Of a DNA stretch of 24,000 bases, positions 1 to 8,762 are shown in pieces. Each line of letters starts with the position of its first letter. Position 1 is the stretch's first letter. The DNA lies in contig CAWIQZ010000017.1 in the NCBI GenBank assembly GCA_963838465.1, positions 646,611 through 670,610 on the forward strand, given 5' to 3'. The notes beneath the pieces are model-generated. The model searched no databases and was not told where the DNA came from. It saw only the letters and a list, made by a program, of their open reading frames with translations. This DNA is from an uncultured Bacillaceae bacterium (GTDB lineage Bacteria > Bacillota > Bacilli > Bacillales > Bacillaceae_D). A program made the position numbers and the translations under genes.

Positions 1-155
1 GCAAGCATGGCATAAGTAGGGCGTCCAGATGCAAGAACAACCTTGACGCCAGCTTGCTGCGCCTTCACAAGTGCGTTCTTTGTTCTTGGAGAGATGGTAT
101 GATCATCTCGAAGGAGAGTGTCATCTAAGTCTAATACAATCATTTTATAAGCCAT
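1..155 (-). CDS. Cof-type HAD-IIB family hydrolase, N-terminal ~51 codons only (gene runs off the left edge)
   Basis: Partial, so not in the ORF track. Reverse complement from the ATG at 155-153 reads MAYKMIVLDLDDTLLRDDHTISPRTKNALVKAQQAGVKVVLASGRPTYAML. The DLDDT (DxDxT) motif and the SGR motif are typical of Cof/YidA-like HAD phosphatases. Confidence 0.75.
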   Translation of the reverse strand, partial: MAYKMIVLDLDDTLLRDDHTISPRTKNALVKAQQAGVKVVLASGRPTYAML

Positions 156-265
156 TATCCTAATCCTTTCTTTCGTAAAGATAGTTAATATCCTACTACA
201 AATTGTTAGGAATAGATAGATTCATAGCTTATTGATTTTTATTGGGCGTTTCATTTTGAATAACG

Positions 266-303
266 AACAAAAAGACAGAGGATTGAAATTAACCTCTGTC
301 TTT
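266..303 (-). terminator. Rho-independent terminator downstream of the CBS gene
   Basis: Arms AAAGACAGAGG (271-281) and CCTCTGTCTTT (293-303) form an 11-bp stem. On the minus strand the stem is followed by a T-rich tract. Confidence 0.6.
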
Positions 304-334
304 CTGTTCATTATTATTGTGACAAATTAAAATG

Positions 335-775
335 CTATTTTATCTCATTTGTATTATGTGAGATATCAGAGAGGGCTTCGCCGGCTTCGTTTTGATAAAT
401 GGCTTCATTTGCTAAGTCACCAATAGCAACCATACCAACCAATTGTCCGTTATCAACAACAGGTAATCGTCTAATTTGATGTTGTGACATAAGTTGGGCT
501 GCTTCATGAGCGTCCATCGTCGATGAAGCAACAGTTAGGTTAGTTGACATACAATCTTGAACCGGAACATCAGAGCTACTACCTTCTGCAGTTGAACGTA
601 ATGTAATATCACGATCTGTAATGATTCCGCGGAGCTGTCCATTTTCAACTACTGGGATCGAACCAACATTATGCTCCTTCATTAGTGCAGCTGCTTCGTG
701 TATCGATTGCTGTGGATTCACTGAAATAACATCTTTTGACATTAATTGACTTAGATTTTGCGGCATATAAAACAC
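335..775 (-). CDS. CBS domain pair protein (YhcV-like)
   Basis: 146-aa ORF with two CBS-like repeats: VISVNP...GSIPVVENGQLRGIITDRDI and LTVASS...RRLPVVDNGQLVGMVAIGDL. Confidence 0.9.
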   Translation of the reverse strand: MFYMPQNLSQLMSKDVISVNPQQSIHEAAALMKEHNVGSIPVVENGQLRGIITDRDITLRSTAEGSSSDVPVQDCMSTNLTVASSTMDAHEAAQLMSQHQIRRLPVVDNGQLVGMVAIGDLANEAIYQNEAGEALSDISHNTNEIK

Positions 776-998
776 TCCATTCTTATATTAATAAATTTTA
801 TGAATTGCTCGTGGTATAAGTTAAGCTTGTTAATTTTCCTTATTTGTAAAGACCTCCCTTACGTTAATATTTTTCAACAATGCTTAAGATGCGCCATTTC
901 TAAATAAATATGCATGTTCATTGTCTGAAACATTTATGCGAGCAAGATCAGGAGTCGGTTTTAATCATTTCATATACTGAAATCATTTAGCGATTTTA

Positions 999-1033
999 TA
1001 AAAAAAACAAAAGCCAACTTACTGACTTTTGTT
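999..1033 (-). terminator. Rho-independent terminator downstream of the lipoprotein gene
   Basis: Stem AACAAAAG (1006-1013) / CTTTTGTT (1026-1033). On the minus strand it is followed by a T-run (A-run 1000-1007 on the plus strand). Confidence 0.6.
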
Positions 1034-1057
1034 TTAAAGTGAAGATTTAGTTTTAAT

Positions 1058-1531
1058 CTAAAGCTGATCACGATCAATATCAATTTTATCTTGGTTATCA
1101 AATTCGATATCTAAATCAAAATCTGTAACATCTTCCCGGTTAATCTCAAAATATGCTAATACTTGATCGATGATTTCATCTTCATTCATTTCCTTAGTTA
1201 GATTTAAATCAGTAAACATTTGTTCAATCTCTGCTAATGCTTCAGATCCGGTTAAAGTTTGAGCACCAGCTACGGAATAAGAAGCCTCCGTTTCATCTCG
1301 TTCAACTTCGTAATCTACATCAATTTTATCATTAGATGCTAACTCAATGTCGAGATCAAAATCAGTGATTTGTCCAGTTGTTTCATCAATTTGACCATTC
1401 TCGGCCGTTTCTTCATTAGGTACGTCAATAGGGGATTCGTTCGCCGTTTCATTAGGTACATCATTCCCACAAGCTGTTAAACTAATGACAAATAGTCCAA
1501 TTAAAATCGTTTTTGTAATCATCTTATTCAT
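1058..1531 (-). CDS. Acidic lipoprotein with an internal duplication (YusW-like by resemblance)
   Basis: The track ORF is 1058..1714, but the ATG at 1531 has an AGGAGGGA Shine-Dalgarno (rc of 1533-1540). From there it reads MNKMITKTILIGLFVISLTACGN, a signal peptide plus lipobox LTAC. Two repeats are present: TDFDLDIE..DKIDVDYE and TDFDLDIE..DKIDIDRD. Confidence 0.8.
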   Translation of the reverse strand: MNKMITKTILIGLFVISLTACGNDVPNETANESPIDVPNEETAENGQIDETTGQITDFDLDIELASNDKIDVDYEVERDETEASYSVAGAQTLTGSEALAEIEQMFTDLNLTKEMNEDEIIDQVLAYFEINREDVTDFDLDIEFDNQDKIDIDRDQL

Positions 1532-1726
1532 TTCCCTCCTAGAATATCTTTTAAATAGTAATTGCCCAATAAATGAATTATTAAACAAAAATTTGTTTTC
1601 TTTCTTTTTTTCTTGGTTCATCCACCAAGTATAAATGAAAAAATGATCAGTAAAGAATGGTATAATACGAAGGTTGTCATAAACAACAAAACAGCGTGTT
1701 AATAACGAAAGCAAAAGGGGATTACA

Positions 1727-2782
1727 ATGGATTTTAGAATTAATTTTTTGTCATTTTTTGTTGTTCAAGTTGAGGGGCAAGGAGAGCAAGCTGATAAACG
1801 TTTTAATCATTATCAAACAATAGATGAACAATTGTACATAAACAGTGCCCTTAAAGACTTTCTTGATGGTGAATTAATGAAAGTTGTAAAACGAAAAGTA
1901 GAAAGAAATCCTAAATCAGAACAAGTGCCCACAAAAATCGGCCGTTTTATTGTAGAGCCTGGGTATGAGTTAGAAACGAATCCTAACTATAATCTTTTTA
2001 ACCGTATAAGAACAGCTGCTGATGCAGCTAGTTTTAGAAAAAGCAGTGAAGAGCTTGTCCGAGCATATATGGACACGAGTGCAATTCGGGGAGGAGCCCT
2101 TCTCGTGATCAGGGCACAATTTACAAAATATATGGATGATCCCTTTGTCTTTGTCTTAAAATGTGATTTTGAGCAGAAGGTAGCGTCGATTACCGATGAA
2201 AAAACAATGATCAGAAATGTGGAAAGAGCAATCACAACGAAGAACATGAAATCGATTCAATATCCCTACATGCCAGAAGAAGGCATGGTCGAAGAGTGGG
2301 AACTGAAAATCCACCAATCCTCTCATGCACGCTACTTTGAAGACTTCTTAAAATTTGTCGAGTACCATCAATCAATGCCTGAAATCGTCAAAACGCAAGT
2401 CATTCAAATGGCCCAGCAACACATCGCAGAAACATATCAAGAGGAAACGCCAGAACGAATCCAAGAGGAAGAATACATCGAAGCTTGGTCAAACACACCT
2501 GTGCGTGAACTCCAAGAAAAGTGGACGCCAGAGCAAGTCGTAGAAGCCTCTGCACCGATTGTTGAGCATCAGCCAGAACTACCACTCAAGCTCAAACTCG
2601 ATCATATAGACGTAAAGGCATTGCTTTCTGATTTTGGTGAATCGGTTCATATTGCAAAAGTGAACGGGAAGTATGTGATTGTGATTGAAGGGGATTCATT
2701 TACGTTTGAAAAAGGCGTTTCACCAGTGGAGTTTTTGAAGCCTGAGCCTCTTGAGGAAGTGTTGAAGAGGGTGGGGAGGTAA
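1727..2782 (+). CDS. Conserved hypothetical protein of 351 aa (possibly DUF3900 or distantly NdpA-like; function not established). Integration target of the islands.
   Basis: Long ORF with an AAGGGG Shine-Dalgarno 7 nt upstream of the ATG. Its 3' part is repeated twice downstream. The substitutions between copies are mainly synonymous, which shows it is a real, selected coding sequence. Confidence 0.85.
   Translation: MDFRINFLSFFVVQVEGQGEQADKRFNHYQTIDEQLYINSALKDFLDGELMKVVKRKVERNPKSEQVPTKIGRFIVEPGYELETNPNYNLFNRIRTAADAASFRKSSEELVRAYMDTSAIRGGALLVIRAQFTKYMDDPFVFVLKCDFEQKVASITDEKTMIRNVERAITTKNMKSIQYPYMPEEGMVEEWELKIHQSSHARYFEDFLKFVEYHQSMPEIVKTQVIQMAQQHIAETYQEETPERIQEEEYIEAWSNTPVRELQEKWTPEQVVEASAPIVEHQPELPLKLKLDHIDVKALLSDFGESVHIAKVNGKYVIVIEGDSFTFEKGVSPVEFLKPEPLEEVLKRVGR
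2261..2782 (+). repeat. Copy A of the triplicated 3' end of the 351-aa gene (attL-side homology block)
   Basis: Collinear with 11142-11663 at a constant offset of 8881 with no indels and 28 mismatches in 522 bp. The last 90 bp also match 14091-14180. Confidence 0.9.
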
Positions 2783-2891
2783 TAAAGTAGTACAATTTAT
2801 CGGAATTCTAACTAGATTGTGACCAATAGTGTGACCATGATTTAAACCCTCAATGCCTGTAACACAAGGTTTCCTTTAAATGAATGTGACT

Positions 2892-2919
2892 AACACCTGT
2901 TTATTTGCAGGTGTTTTTT
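2892..2919 (+). terminator. Rho-independent terminator serving the reconstituted 351-aa gene
   Basis: AACACCTG (2892-2899) ... CAGGTGTT followed by a T-run (2914-2919). Confidence 0.6.
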
Positions 2920-3143
2920 CTTATGAATTTTAATAGAAAGGGAATGTCGTTATCCGATTAAGAAAAGTCTTTTTTGTACGGCTGTTTTGAATATTGATGT
3001 TTACATATGGTATCGGGTGATTTGAAAGCATTTTTACTTTGTTAAAATACCTATCAATATTTGTCTTTATCTTCTAATGATAGGACAAAAGTTATATACT
3101 TAACCTATAGAAAGTATGAAAATGGTAAAATTCACAGGAAGAG

Positions 3144-5063
3144 GTGTACTCTGTTTTGAGGAATAAGTCAAAACCGGTTGGTTATCTACTAGCTTTCTTA
3201 TTAGGAGGTCTAGGTGTACATGCATTTTATTACAGAAGATATGTAAGAGGAATTGTATATCTCATTCTATGTTGGACTTATATTCCTATTATTTTGGGAT
3301 GGATTGATATGTTATTTATAAATAAATGGCATAAGCAACTCCAAGAAAGTGGTTCAATTGTGAACAGCGAACCGAAGACGGTAAAAAAACTAAAGCCAAA
3401 GCTTGTATCGGAAGTGAAAAAAGAAAAGAAGCTTGAACAAGTAGTAGACAAGAAGACAGTTGATTCTAAACTGAGTTCGTTGAAGAAGAAACATGTACTT
3501 TATGAGGAAGATGAAATCATACTCACAAAATACAGTCACATTCAAACACCGAAAGAGATTTTGGAAAGTATTGAAGAAATTAAGAATCCTAAAAAGCGTA
3601 CTAATTCGGTAGGTGGGATATCCATTGAAGTCAACTTTTCTCACTCAAATACTGATTTTGTAAAGGATTCAATACGTTATTCTAAAGTGCGAGAGAAAGA
3701 GAGTCCTGAAATTCCATTACAAGCGTACTGGACAACATTTGGTAACTTAAATGACAAACAAAAAAAGTGGTACTTTTACTGGAGAGAACAAGTGTTGAAT
3801 GGCGAGTACCCTGATGTGGACTTAAGTTACATTATCTTATTTATATACGAGTTGATGAATTATTCCTTTAACCAAAAAGCTTCTTTCAATATTAGTATGA
3901 TGGTACGTTTGCATGAGGAGTACAATGGGAGGATACCGAAATTAAGCAATTACTCCACACGTTGGATTGCAGATATGCTCTATGAAGTAAAAGAACAAGA
4001 ATTAGCTCAAGAGTGGGCAGATGAGAGAAATCATATCCCACCACTATATCAGCAATTACAGGATAAAGAAGATAACTTAGCTAAAATCTCGATTACTTCT
4101 TGGAAGCCATATATCCGTAACCATAGAGAAACTGAATATTTTAAGGTCAATAAAAACAAAATTTATAAGGTATTTAAAGAGAGTCTACCTTTGCTCCAAG
4201 AAGTCTATGAGAAAGAAAATAAAAAGTTGCTACAATATTGGTTCAAAATTAACAAGGAGCGTGTCATTCGACATTTGTTTGCTTCTGCGGTTGTAGGACG
4301 AAGCCATGATGGTGTTCATGTGTATGTGGAACGCATCAAACCTACAGATGACCTATCCAAAGAGGTTACGGCATTATTTAAGCTATCTGAAAACGTAACA
4401 CGCCAACTAAATGGAGAAAAGCGTGAGATTAAAGTAAACGAAGAATTTCTGCCGGAAGGATTTAAAGAAATGATGATGGAGCATTTTTCTAATGAGAGAA
4501 ATAGACGATTTAAAGTCGTCCAAAAATCAGAAGAAATAGAACAAGGTGGAGAAATACCACCACCTCCAGAGAAGAAACCGGAAGTAGAAACAAAGCCTAA
4601 AATTGAGTTTAACAAAAGCAATATTGGGAAACTACAAACAGATACTGACAGGTTGATTGAAACGATTAATTCTAGAAGTGAAGCGGAAGAGCACGAGGTT
4701 AAAGAACAACTCAAAGATAAAGAAAAGGAAGAAGTTCGCACGAATCCACCAGAACAAAAAACGCCACTTACAACGGAAACAGATGTCCTATCAGCTTTAG
4801 GTGGAGGGGCAGAGTTTGAAGGGGAAGTAGAATTCCTCGAAATATTAACGGATATTGAAAAGGGATTTTTAAACCAATTCGAAAACGGTAAATATAACCA
4901 AGAATCAGCCAATTTGTTTATTAAGCAAAAAGGACTCATGTTAGGTATGTTTATAAGTGAGTTAAATGAAAAGGCGAACGAATATATTGGGGACAACCTT
5001 CTTGAAAGTCAAGGGGACGATATTGTCGTGTATGAAGAATACGAACATGTATTTCTGAAATAA
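3144..5063 (+). CDS. TM2-domain membrane anchor fused to a TerB-N and TerB-C domain protein (SngA-like)
   Basis: N-terminus KPVGYLLAFLLGGLGVHAFYYRRYVRGIVYLILCWTYIPIILGWIDMLFI has two TM helices in a TM2-like pattern. Residues ~190-400 (YWTTFGNLNDKQKKWYFYWREQVL..DLSYIILFIYELMN) look like TerB-N. The C-terminus (IEFNKSNIGKLQTDTDRLIETI ... LTDIEKGFL...ISELNEKANEYIGDNLLE) looks like TerB-C, interrupted by K/E/P-rich low complexity. The start is uncertain: GTG 3144 or TTG 3156. Confidence 0.75.
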   Translation: MYSVLRNKSKPVGYLLAFLLGGLGVHAFYYRRYVRGIVYLILCWTYIPIILGWIDMLFINKWHKQLQESGSIVNSEPKTVKKLKPKLVSEVKKEKKLEQVVDKKTVDSKLSSLKKKHVLYEEDEIILTKYSHIQTPKEILESIEEIKNPKKRTNSVGGISIEVNFSHSNTDFVKDSIRYSKVREKESPEIPLQAYWTTFGNLNDKQKKWYFYWREQVLNGEYPDVDLSYIILFIYELMNYSFNQKASFNISMMVRLHEEYNGRIPKLSNYSTRWIADMLYEVKEQELAQEWADERNHIPPLYQQLQDKEDNLAKISITSWKPYIRNHRETEYFKVNKNKIYKVFKESLPLLQEVYEKENKKLLQYWFKINKERVIRHLFASAVVGRSHDGVHVYVERIKPTDDLSKEVTALFKLSENVTRQLNGEKREIKVNEEFLPEGFKEMMMEHFSNERNRRFKVVQKSEEIEQGGEIPPPPEKKPEVETKPKIEFNKSNIGKLQTDTDRLIETINSRSEAEEHEVKEQLKDKEKEEVRTNPPEQKTPLTTETDVLSALGGGAEFEGEVEFLEILTDIEKGFLNQFENGKYNQESANLFIKQKGLMLGMFISELNEKANEYIGDNLLESQGDDIVVYEEYEHVFLK

Positions 5064-5076
5064 AGGAGTTACACGT

Positions 5077-6393
5077 ATGAATATTAAGAAAAGAGACTCT
5101 TCCGCTGTATTAAATTCTCTATCTGGTGGAGTTGTTCCGAGTCGAGGATTGCAGTATATTATGGTCGGTAGAGCTGAAGAAGCTAAGCAAATCCTCAGCG
5201 ATTTGGATAATATTAAAAAGGGCTCATCATTTATTAAATTGTTCATTGGACCTTTCGGTAGTGGGAAAAGTTTCATCCAAGCCCTTATTCAGCAAATTGC
5301 TTTTAATGAAAAGTTTGTTGTAGCAAAAGCAGACTTCACACCAGAACGTAGATTATATGGTAGTGAAGGCAAGGCTGTAGCTATTTACACAGAAATGATG
5401 AAAAATTTATCTACAAATACTGTACCAGATGGCGGGGCGTTGTCGACCATATTAGATAAGTGGATTGGTGATGTTCAAATGAAAGTAGTGAAAGAGAGGG
5501 AATACACATCTGTAGAATTCGATAACCCAAATTTCGTTAAAGATGTGGAACATGAAATTACTAGTACGGTTTCTAAAATGGATGAATTGGTAGGTGGTTA
5601 TGACTTTGCACGAATCTTAACTCTTTATTTTAAAGGTTTCGTGGAAGATAACAGTGACTTACAAAGGTGTGCATTAAGATGGCTTAGAGGGGAATACAAT
5701 ACTAAAACTGAAGCTCGTACGGACTTAGGTGTTAGGGATATCATCAATGATAGTAATTATTATGAGTTTATTAAAGTCTTATCACAGTTCGTTAAACAAA
5801 TTGGATACTCTGGTCTTGTTATCAACTTTGATGAAGCAATTAATTTATATAAAATTACTCATCCTCAAACTAGAGATAAGAACTATGAAACCATTTTAAA
5901 GATATATAATGATACGCTGCAAGGAAATGTAGAGGGACTGTATATCACGATCGGAGGAACTCCTGAGTTCCTCCAGGATGAAAGACGAGGGTTATTTAGC
6001 TACGGTGCTCTGAAAAGAAGACTTCAATCCAATCGTTTTGAAACAACTGAATTTCGCGATTTATCACAACCTGTTATTACTTTAACACCTTTAAAACACG
6101 ATGAAACTTTTGTTTTGTTACAGAAAATAAGGGATATCCATGCTGTTCATTACGGTTATGAGAGTATGGTCAATGATGATGAAATCATGAGTTTTATTCA
6201 AGAAGAATATGCTAGACCGGGTGCAGAGGAGAATTTAACAGTTGGTGAAGTTATCCGTAATTTTATTGGTGCATTAAATATTCTTCATCAAAATCCCAAT
6301 TACGAGCGTTCCAATCTATTTGGTGAGAAAAATAGTGAAGAAAAAGCATCAGAATCGAATATCAACTCTCGTTTTTCTCGAACGGAAGGGTAG
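5077..6393 (+). CDS. P-loop ATPase of the DUF2791 / BrxD-like type (SngB-like)
   Basis: Begins 13 nt after the upstream stop. Walker A is GPFGSGKS (5248-5271) and a Walker B-like motif is LVINFDEA. The N-terminal SGGVVPSRGLQYIMVGR motif resembles DUF2791-family ATPases as I recall them. Confidence 0.75.
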   Translation: MNIKKRDSSAVLNSLSGGVVPSRGLQYIMVGRAEEAKQILSDLDNIKKGSSFIKLFIGPFGSGKSFIQALIQQIAFNEKFVVAKADFTPERRLYGSEGKAVAIYTEMMKNLSTNTVPDGGALSTILDKWIGDVQMKVVKEREYTSVEFDNPNFVKDVEHEITSTVSKMDELVGGYDFARILTLYFKGFVEDNSDLQRCALRWLRGEYNTKTEARTDLGVRDIINDSNYYEFIKVLSQFVKQIGYSGLVINFDEAINLYKITHPQTRDKNYETILKIYNDTLQGNVEGLYITIGGTPEFLQDERRGLFSYGALKRRLQSNRFETTEFRDLSQPVITLTPLKHDETFVLLQKIRDIHAVHYGYESMVNDDEIMSFIQEEYARPGAEENLTVGEVIRNFIGALNILHQNPNYERSNLFGEKNSEEKASESNINSRFSRTEG

Positions 6394-6401
6394 GTAATGT
6401 T

Positions 6402-8420
6402 ATGACTTCATTTCAATTACTCTCGAAAACAATGCAAAAGAAAATTTGGGATATGAACTGGGATAAACTTACTTCCATTCAAAATAAAACGATTCCAGTC
6501 ATCATTGAAACAACTAAAGATGTGATTGTATCCTCAGGAACTGCTTCTGGTAAAACGGAAGCAGCTTTTTTGCCAATCATTTCATGCATAGAAGAAAACG
6601 CAGAAGAGCAGTTGAAAGTGTTATATATCTCTCCGTTAAAAGCGTTGATTAATAACCAATTTGAGCGGATTGAAAGACTGTGTGAGAATAGCGGTATTTC
6701 CATACATAAATGGCATGGTGATGTAAGTCAAAGTCAAAAAAATAAGTTTGTGAAGAAACCATCTGGGATACTTCAAATTACCCCAGAATCGGTAGAGAGT
6801 TTATTTATTAACAGAACAGAACATATCAAGCATTTATTCAAAGGGGTTGAATTTGTTGTAATTGATGAAATCCATTCCTTTATCAATACCGAAAGAGGGG
6901 TACAATTACGTTCTCTTTTATCTAGGATTGAACATTATACAGATGAAAGAGCCAGAATAGTTGGATTATCAGCTACAATTGATAACTTTGAGCTGGTGAA
7001 AAAATGGGTAAATTATCGTGATACAGAAAATGTGGAAATTATTGAAGCTAAGGGAAGTGACAAAGACCTTTTATACTATTTGATGCATTTTCAAACAGGA
7101 GATGACCGAAAAAAACCGGTTGAGCTGTATGAGGATATTCGAGAATTAACGAGAAATCAAAAAGCTATCATCTTTTGTAATAGTCGAGGAGAAGTAGAAG
7201 AAGTGACGGTGTTTTTAAATCGATTAGCTGAAAGCGATAACATAGGAGAAACATATTATGCCCATCATTCGTCAATTGATAAGAAAGAACGAGAATATGT
7301 AGAAAAGACAATGATGGAATCAAAGATGTCCAAAAGTGTTGTGGCAACTAGTTCTTTAGAGCTTGGAATAGACATTGGTGATGTTGATATTGTTGTCCAA
7401 GTAGATAACACTTTCACAGTGTCCTCGTTGAAGCAGCGGCTAGGGCGGTCAGGAAGAAAAAGAAATGCAAACCAAATGCTGCAACTATATTCAACGGATG
7501 AAGATAGTTTAGTTCAATCCATAGCCGTAATGGAACTTATATTAGAAAAGTGGATAGAACCAGCTGAGGGATATCCAATTCCATATGACATACTATTTCA
7601 TCAAATCATTTCGATTTGTCAAGAAACAAACGGAATTACGAAAGAACAATTGGTCAAAAAAATAAAAGTAAATCATATATTTTTCTCATTGGAAAACGAA
7701 CGAGTTTTAGAATTGATAGAACATATGATTGAACTGGACCATTTAGAAAAAATAAAGGGTAAAAATGAATTAATTGTTGGAATTGAAGGAGAACGAATAC
7801 TAAGAAGCCGGGATTTCTATGCAGTCTTCACGATACCAGAAGAGTTTACCGTGTTAGAAGGTGTACGGAAAATTGGGACGTTAGATAAAACGTCTATGTT
7901 AAATGTTGGGGATAACATTATTCTTGCTGGTAAACTGTGGACGGTGAGAGACATAGATTTTCACAAAAATAAGGTATATGTTCAAAAAACCGTTAACGGA
8001 AAGCCTCCCAGATATGCTGGTGGCGGTATAAAGATTCATAAACGAATCGTTGAAAAAATGATGGAACTCCTGTGTTCCGATCAAGCTATAAGTTATATTG
8101 ATGAAAAAGCTACACAGACATTAAATGATGAGCGAAAGCCCTACCAACACTATGAGGTGAAACCGAATGAACGAGTGTTTTGGGTTAAAGAGGGAGAAAT
8201 CATCTTTGAAACATACACTAGTACAATCGTTGCTCGTAATTTAGTATGGGCATTCCGTGCGTTAGGATTACCTATAAAGTCAGTTGATGGGGTAGGAAGA
8301 ATTACTATTGAAGGTTATTTCGGTGACATAGAAAACGTAATAGAGGAAATGAAAAACAGAGAATGGACTTCTAAGGTATTGTTGGAAAATACAAAGGACG
8401 CAAGAATTTTTCTCTACTAA
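6402..8420 (+). CDS. DEAD/DEAH-box superfamily 2 helicase, Lhr-like (SngC-like). The C-terminus is probably truncated by a frameshift.
   Basis: Motif I GTASGKTE, motif II DEIH, SAT, motif VI QRLGRSGR. Begins 8 nt after the ATPase stop. The +1 frame stays open from 8353 to 8538. Confidence 0.85.
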   Translation: MTSFQLLSKTMQKKIWDMNWDKLTSIQNKTIPVIIETTKDVIVSSGTASGKTEAAFLPIISCIEENAEEQLKVLYISPLKALINNQFERIERLCENSGISIHKWHGDVSQSQKNKFVKKPSGILQITPESVESLFINRTEHIKHLFKGVEFVVIDEIHSFINTERGVQLRSLLSRIEHYTDERARIVGLSATIDNFELVKKWVNYRDTENVEIIEAKGSDKDLLYYLMHFQTGDDRKKPVELYEDIRELTRNQKAIIFCNSRGEVEEVTVFLNRLAESDNIGETYYAHHSSIDKKEREYVEKTMMESKMSKSVVATSSLELGIDIGDVDIVVQVDNTFTVSSLKQRLGRSGRKRNANQMLQLYSTDEDSLVQSIAVMELILEKWIEPAEGYPIPYDILFHQIISICQETNGITKEQLVKKIKVNHIFFSLENERVLELIEHMIELDHLEKIKGKNELIVGIEGERILRSRDFYAVFTIPEEFTVLEGVRKIGTLDKTSMLNVGDNIILAGKLWTVRDIDFHKNKVYVQKTVNGKPPRYAGGGIKIHKRIVEKMMELLCSDQAISYIDEKATQTLNDERKPYQHYEVKPNERVFWVKEGEIIFETYTSTIVARNLVWAFRALGLPIKSVDGVGRITIEGYFGDIENVIEEMKNREWTSKVLLENTKDARIFLY

Positions 8421-8640
8421 ATTTTCTCCGTATTTACCAGAAAGGTTACAAGAGGAGATACACATTGCTAGCGAGATTAATATTCAAGCAATGAAAGAAT
8501 ATCTAATTTCTCATTTATTTAGAATTATAAAATTGTAAAGGTGAGAAAGAACTGACACCTATACCTTACTTAATCAAGAGTTAACCTTGTCTGAATTGGC
8601 TTGGTTAAATAATGTTGTATTGCAACGTTTGAGATAATAA

Positions 8641-8672
8641 TTGTAAGCCCGCAGTCTAAAGTGGGCTTACAA
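8641..8672 (+). terminator. Hairpin terminator downstream of the three-gene operon
   Basis: TTGTAAGCCC (8641-8650) pairs with GGGCTTACAA (8663-8672) in a 10-bp stem. The downstream tract is T-rich but interrupted. Confidence 0.5.
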
Positions 8673-8762
8673 CTTTAGATTTATTATTTTCTATATTTTT
8701 CAAAAAGTAACCTTAAGTTATGATACAATATACTTGTAAAAAATTCATGAGGAGGTTATTTC

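Noticed and set aside
1532-1714. N-terminal 61 codons of the track ORF 1058..1714 (MLSLLTRCFVVYDNLRIIPFF...)
   Set aside because: There is no Shine-Dalgarno and the composition is odd. The internal ATG at 1531 has a strong Shine-Dalgarno and gives a clean lipoprotein signal peptide, so the upstream part is open non-coding sequence.
1987-2585. Antisense and alternative-frame ORFs inside the 351-aa gene (1987..2247 minus, 2355..2543 plus, 2400..2585 minus), and their twins at 11121..11345, 11236..11424 and 11281..11466
   Set aside because: They lie entirely within a longer ORF whose copies differ mainly at synonymous sites, so the long frame is the one under selection. Their peptides are low-complexity (K/R/S-rich or L-rich).
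4540-4790. Repetitive-looking GAA/AAA/CCA-rich DNA that might suggest a repeat array
   Set aside because: It is in-frame low-complexity coding sequence (PPPPEKKPEVETKPK..KEKEEVR) within gene 1. There is no spacer/repeat periodicity, so it is not a CRISPR or tandem DNA repeat.
3390-5323. ORFs 3390..3644 (-), 4316..4996 (-), 4962..5276 (-) and 5126..5323 (+) overlapping the TerB-like and ATPase genes
   Set aside because: These are shadow ORFs opposite or overlapping long ORFs with clear domain motifs. 4316..4996 is the S/F-rich mirror of the K/E-rich coding strand.
6479-8465. Minus-strand ORFs 6479..6703, 7899..8084 and 8280..8465 inside or next to the helicase gene
   Set aside because: They are antisense to a helicase ORF with a complete motif set, are short, and have no Shine-Dalgarno.
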